A stretch of 20,987 nucleotides of DNA from Macrostomum lignano. Taxonomy: Eukaryota. Of the stretch, positions 20,083 to 20,987 are shown piece by piece. Below the pieces are notes generated by a model, which searched no databases, was not told where the DNA came from, and saw only the letters and a program-made list of their open reading frames with translations. The DNA lies in the NCBI GenBank assembly GCA_002269645.1, contig NIVC01005213.1, positions 1 through 20,987 of the forward strand, written 5' to 3'. Made by a program: the position numbers and the translations under genes. Numbering within the stretch: the first letter of the stretch is position 1; each line of letters opens with the position of its first letter.

Positions 20083-20987
20083 GTCTTAAGCCTCCGAAAT
20101 TGCCTCAACACAACATTAGCGGTGCAATATAAACTGGCCGAACCATTTGTGCTGCATCGACGCGCGCTTTAGAGATGAAGGAAGAGAATAAGAGTGAGAG
20201 AAATGGATGCTGGCTAAGAAGTATGCTGAACAGACAGTATGGTAAGTAGTTTTGCAGTGGTATTGGAACGTCCCTGATCCCTCCTTACGTACCTAGTTGT
20301 CTAGGAGGAACAAGGAAGAGGTCATATATCGCTTCGGAGGGCAAAATGTTGTATTGTATGTAGTAAAAGCCGGTAGTTGTGGACCCTCGAGTGTTTCGCA
20401 ATAATTTATGCTCTCCTTGATGGCTTCCTCCTTAGCTGTATTCGACGCTAAGAAAAATAGCTACCTCGTATCTAGTCAGTCGTCTTTTCTTCGGGTCCTT
20501 AAAGCGTCGAGCATGGAAAAGTGAAAGCTAATCAGTGCGTATACGTAGAATTATTCCAACGTAGCGCTTTAGAGCTTCGCTATGAAGCTTTTAAGTACTG
20601 CGAGTTCAAGGAGATCTTTCAATGCGTCAGTCGCTGTGCATGTGGTGCCGCTTGAAATTTATGCTGCATAATCATAATTATAATTGGCTACGTTTATTGG
20701 ATTGAGAAAAAATAATTTCAATTGTAAAATCGGTCCACTCGTAGCAGAAAATGTCACAATTCATAAAAATGCTTATATATATCCCAATAGAGCTGGCGCG
20801 TGTTAAAACTCTCGCTAAAGCAGTCGTATTGGGTCAGATGTTACGTAATATGGTCCAGGCTAGTTGCGTTCACTGAGTAAAATTATAATATATTTTAGCT
20901 TTTCAGTGTCATCTACCTACATGTATTACATTGGTCAAATATTTATTCGTTTCTATATCGCAGACTCGCTAAAACACTCATAGATTA

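Noticed and set aside
19799-20089. 96-aa ORF ending in (SL)n
   Set aside because: Non-ATG start; the tail is the (TC)39 microsatellite.
20165-20250. Possible + strand exon (TTTAG|AGATGAAG...TATG|GTAAGT) as the next twitchin-like exon
   Set aside because: No frame gives Ig-like sequence continuing the interrupted domain; the donor alone is insufficient.

Overview
Eukaryotic (invertebrate metazoan, possibly a free-living flatworm; this is inference only) genomic window with four recognisable genes. (1) An intronless DEG/ENaC channel (+, 112-1750) broken by one +1 frame break near 728. (2) An intronless TET-family dioxygenase (-, 6194-3403). Its catalytic fold is split across two reading frames, and it has substitutions at the 2-oxoglutarate-binding Arg and at several base-recognition positions. 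(3) The first five coding exons of a twitchin/projectin-like Ig-domain muscle protein (+, 13588-15668, continuing), including a GC-AG intron and an intronic 15-bp minisatellite. (4) An antisense gene (-, 18821-16028, about 750 aa) made of tandem divergent ubiquitin-like domains, apparently nested in a twitchin-like intron. Intergenic DNA holds a 5'-truncated RTE-type LINE, two copies of a tRNA-derived SINE and microsatellites. The most notable candidate is the divergent, split TET. Single-base assembly errors cannot be excluded for either frame break. All family assignments come from motif recognition by eye, not from database searches.
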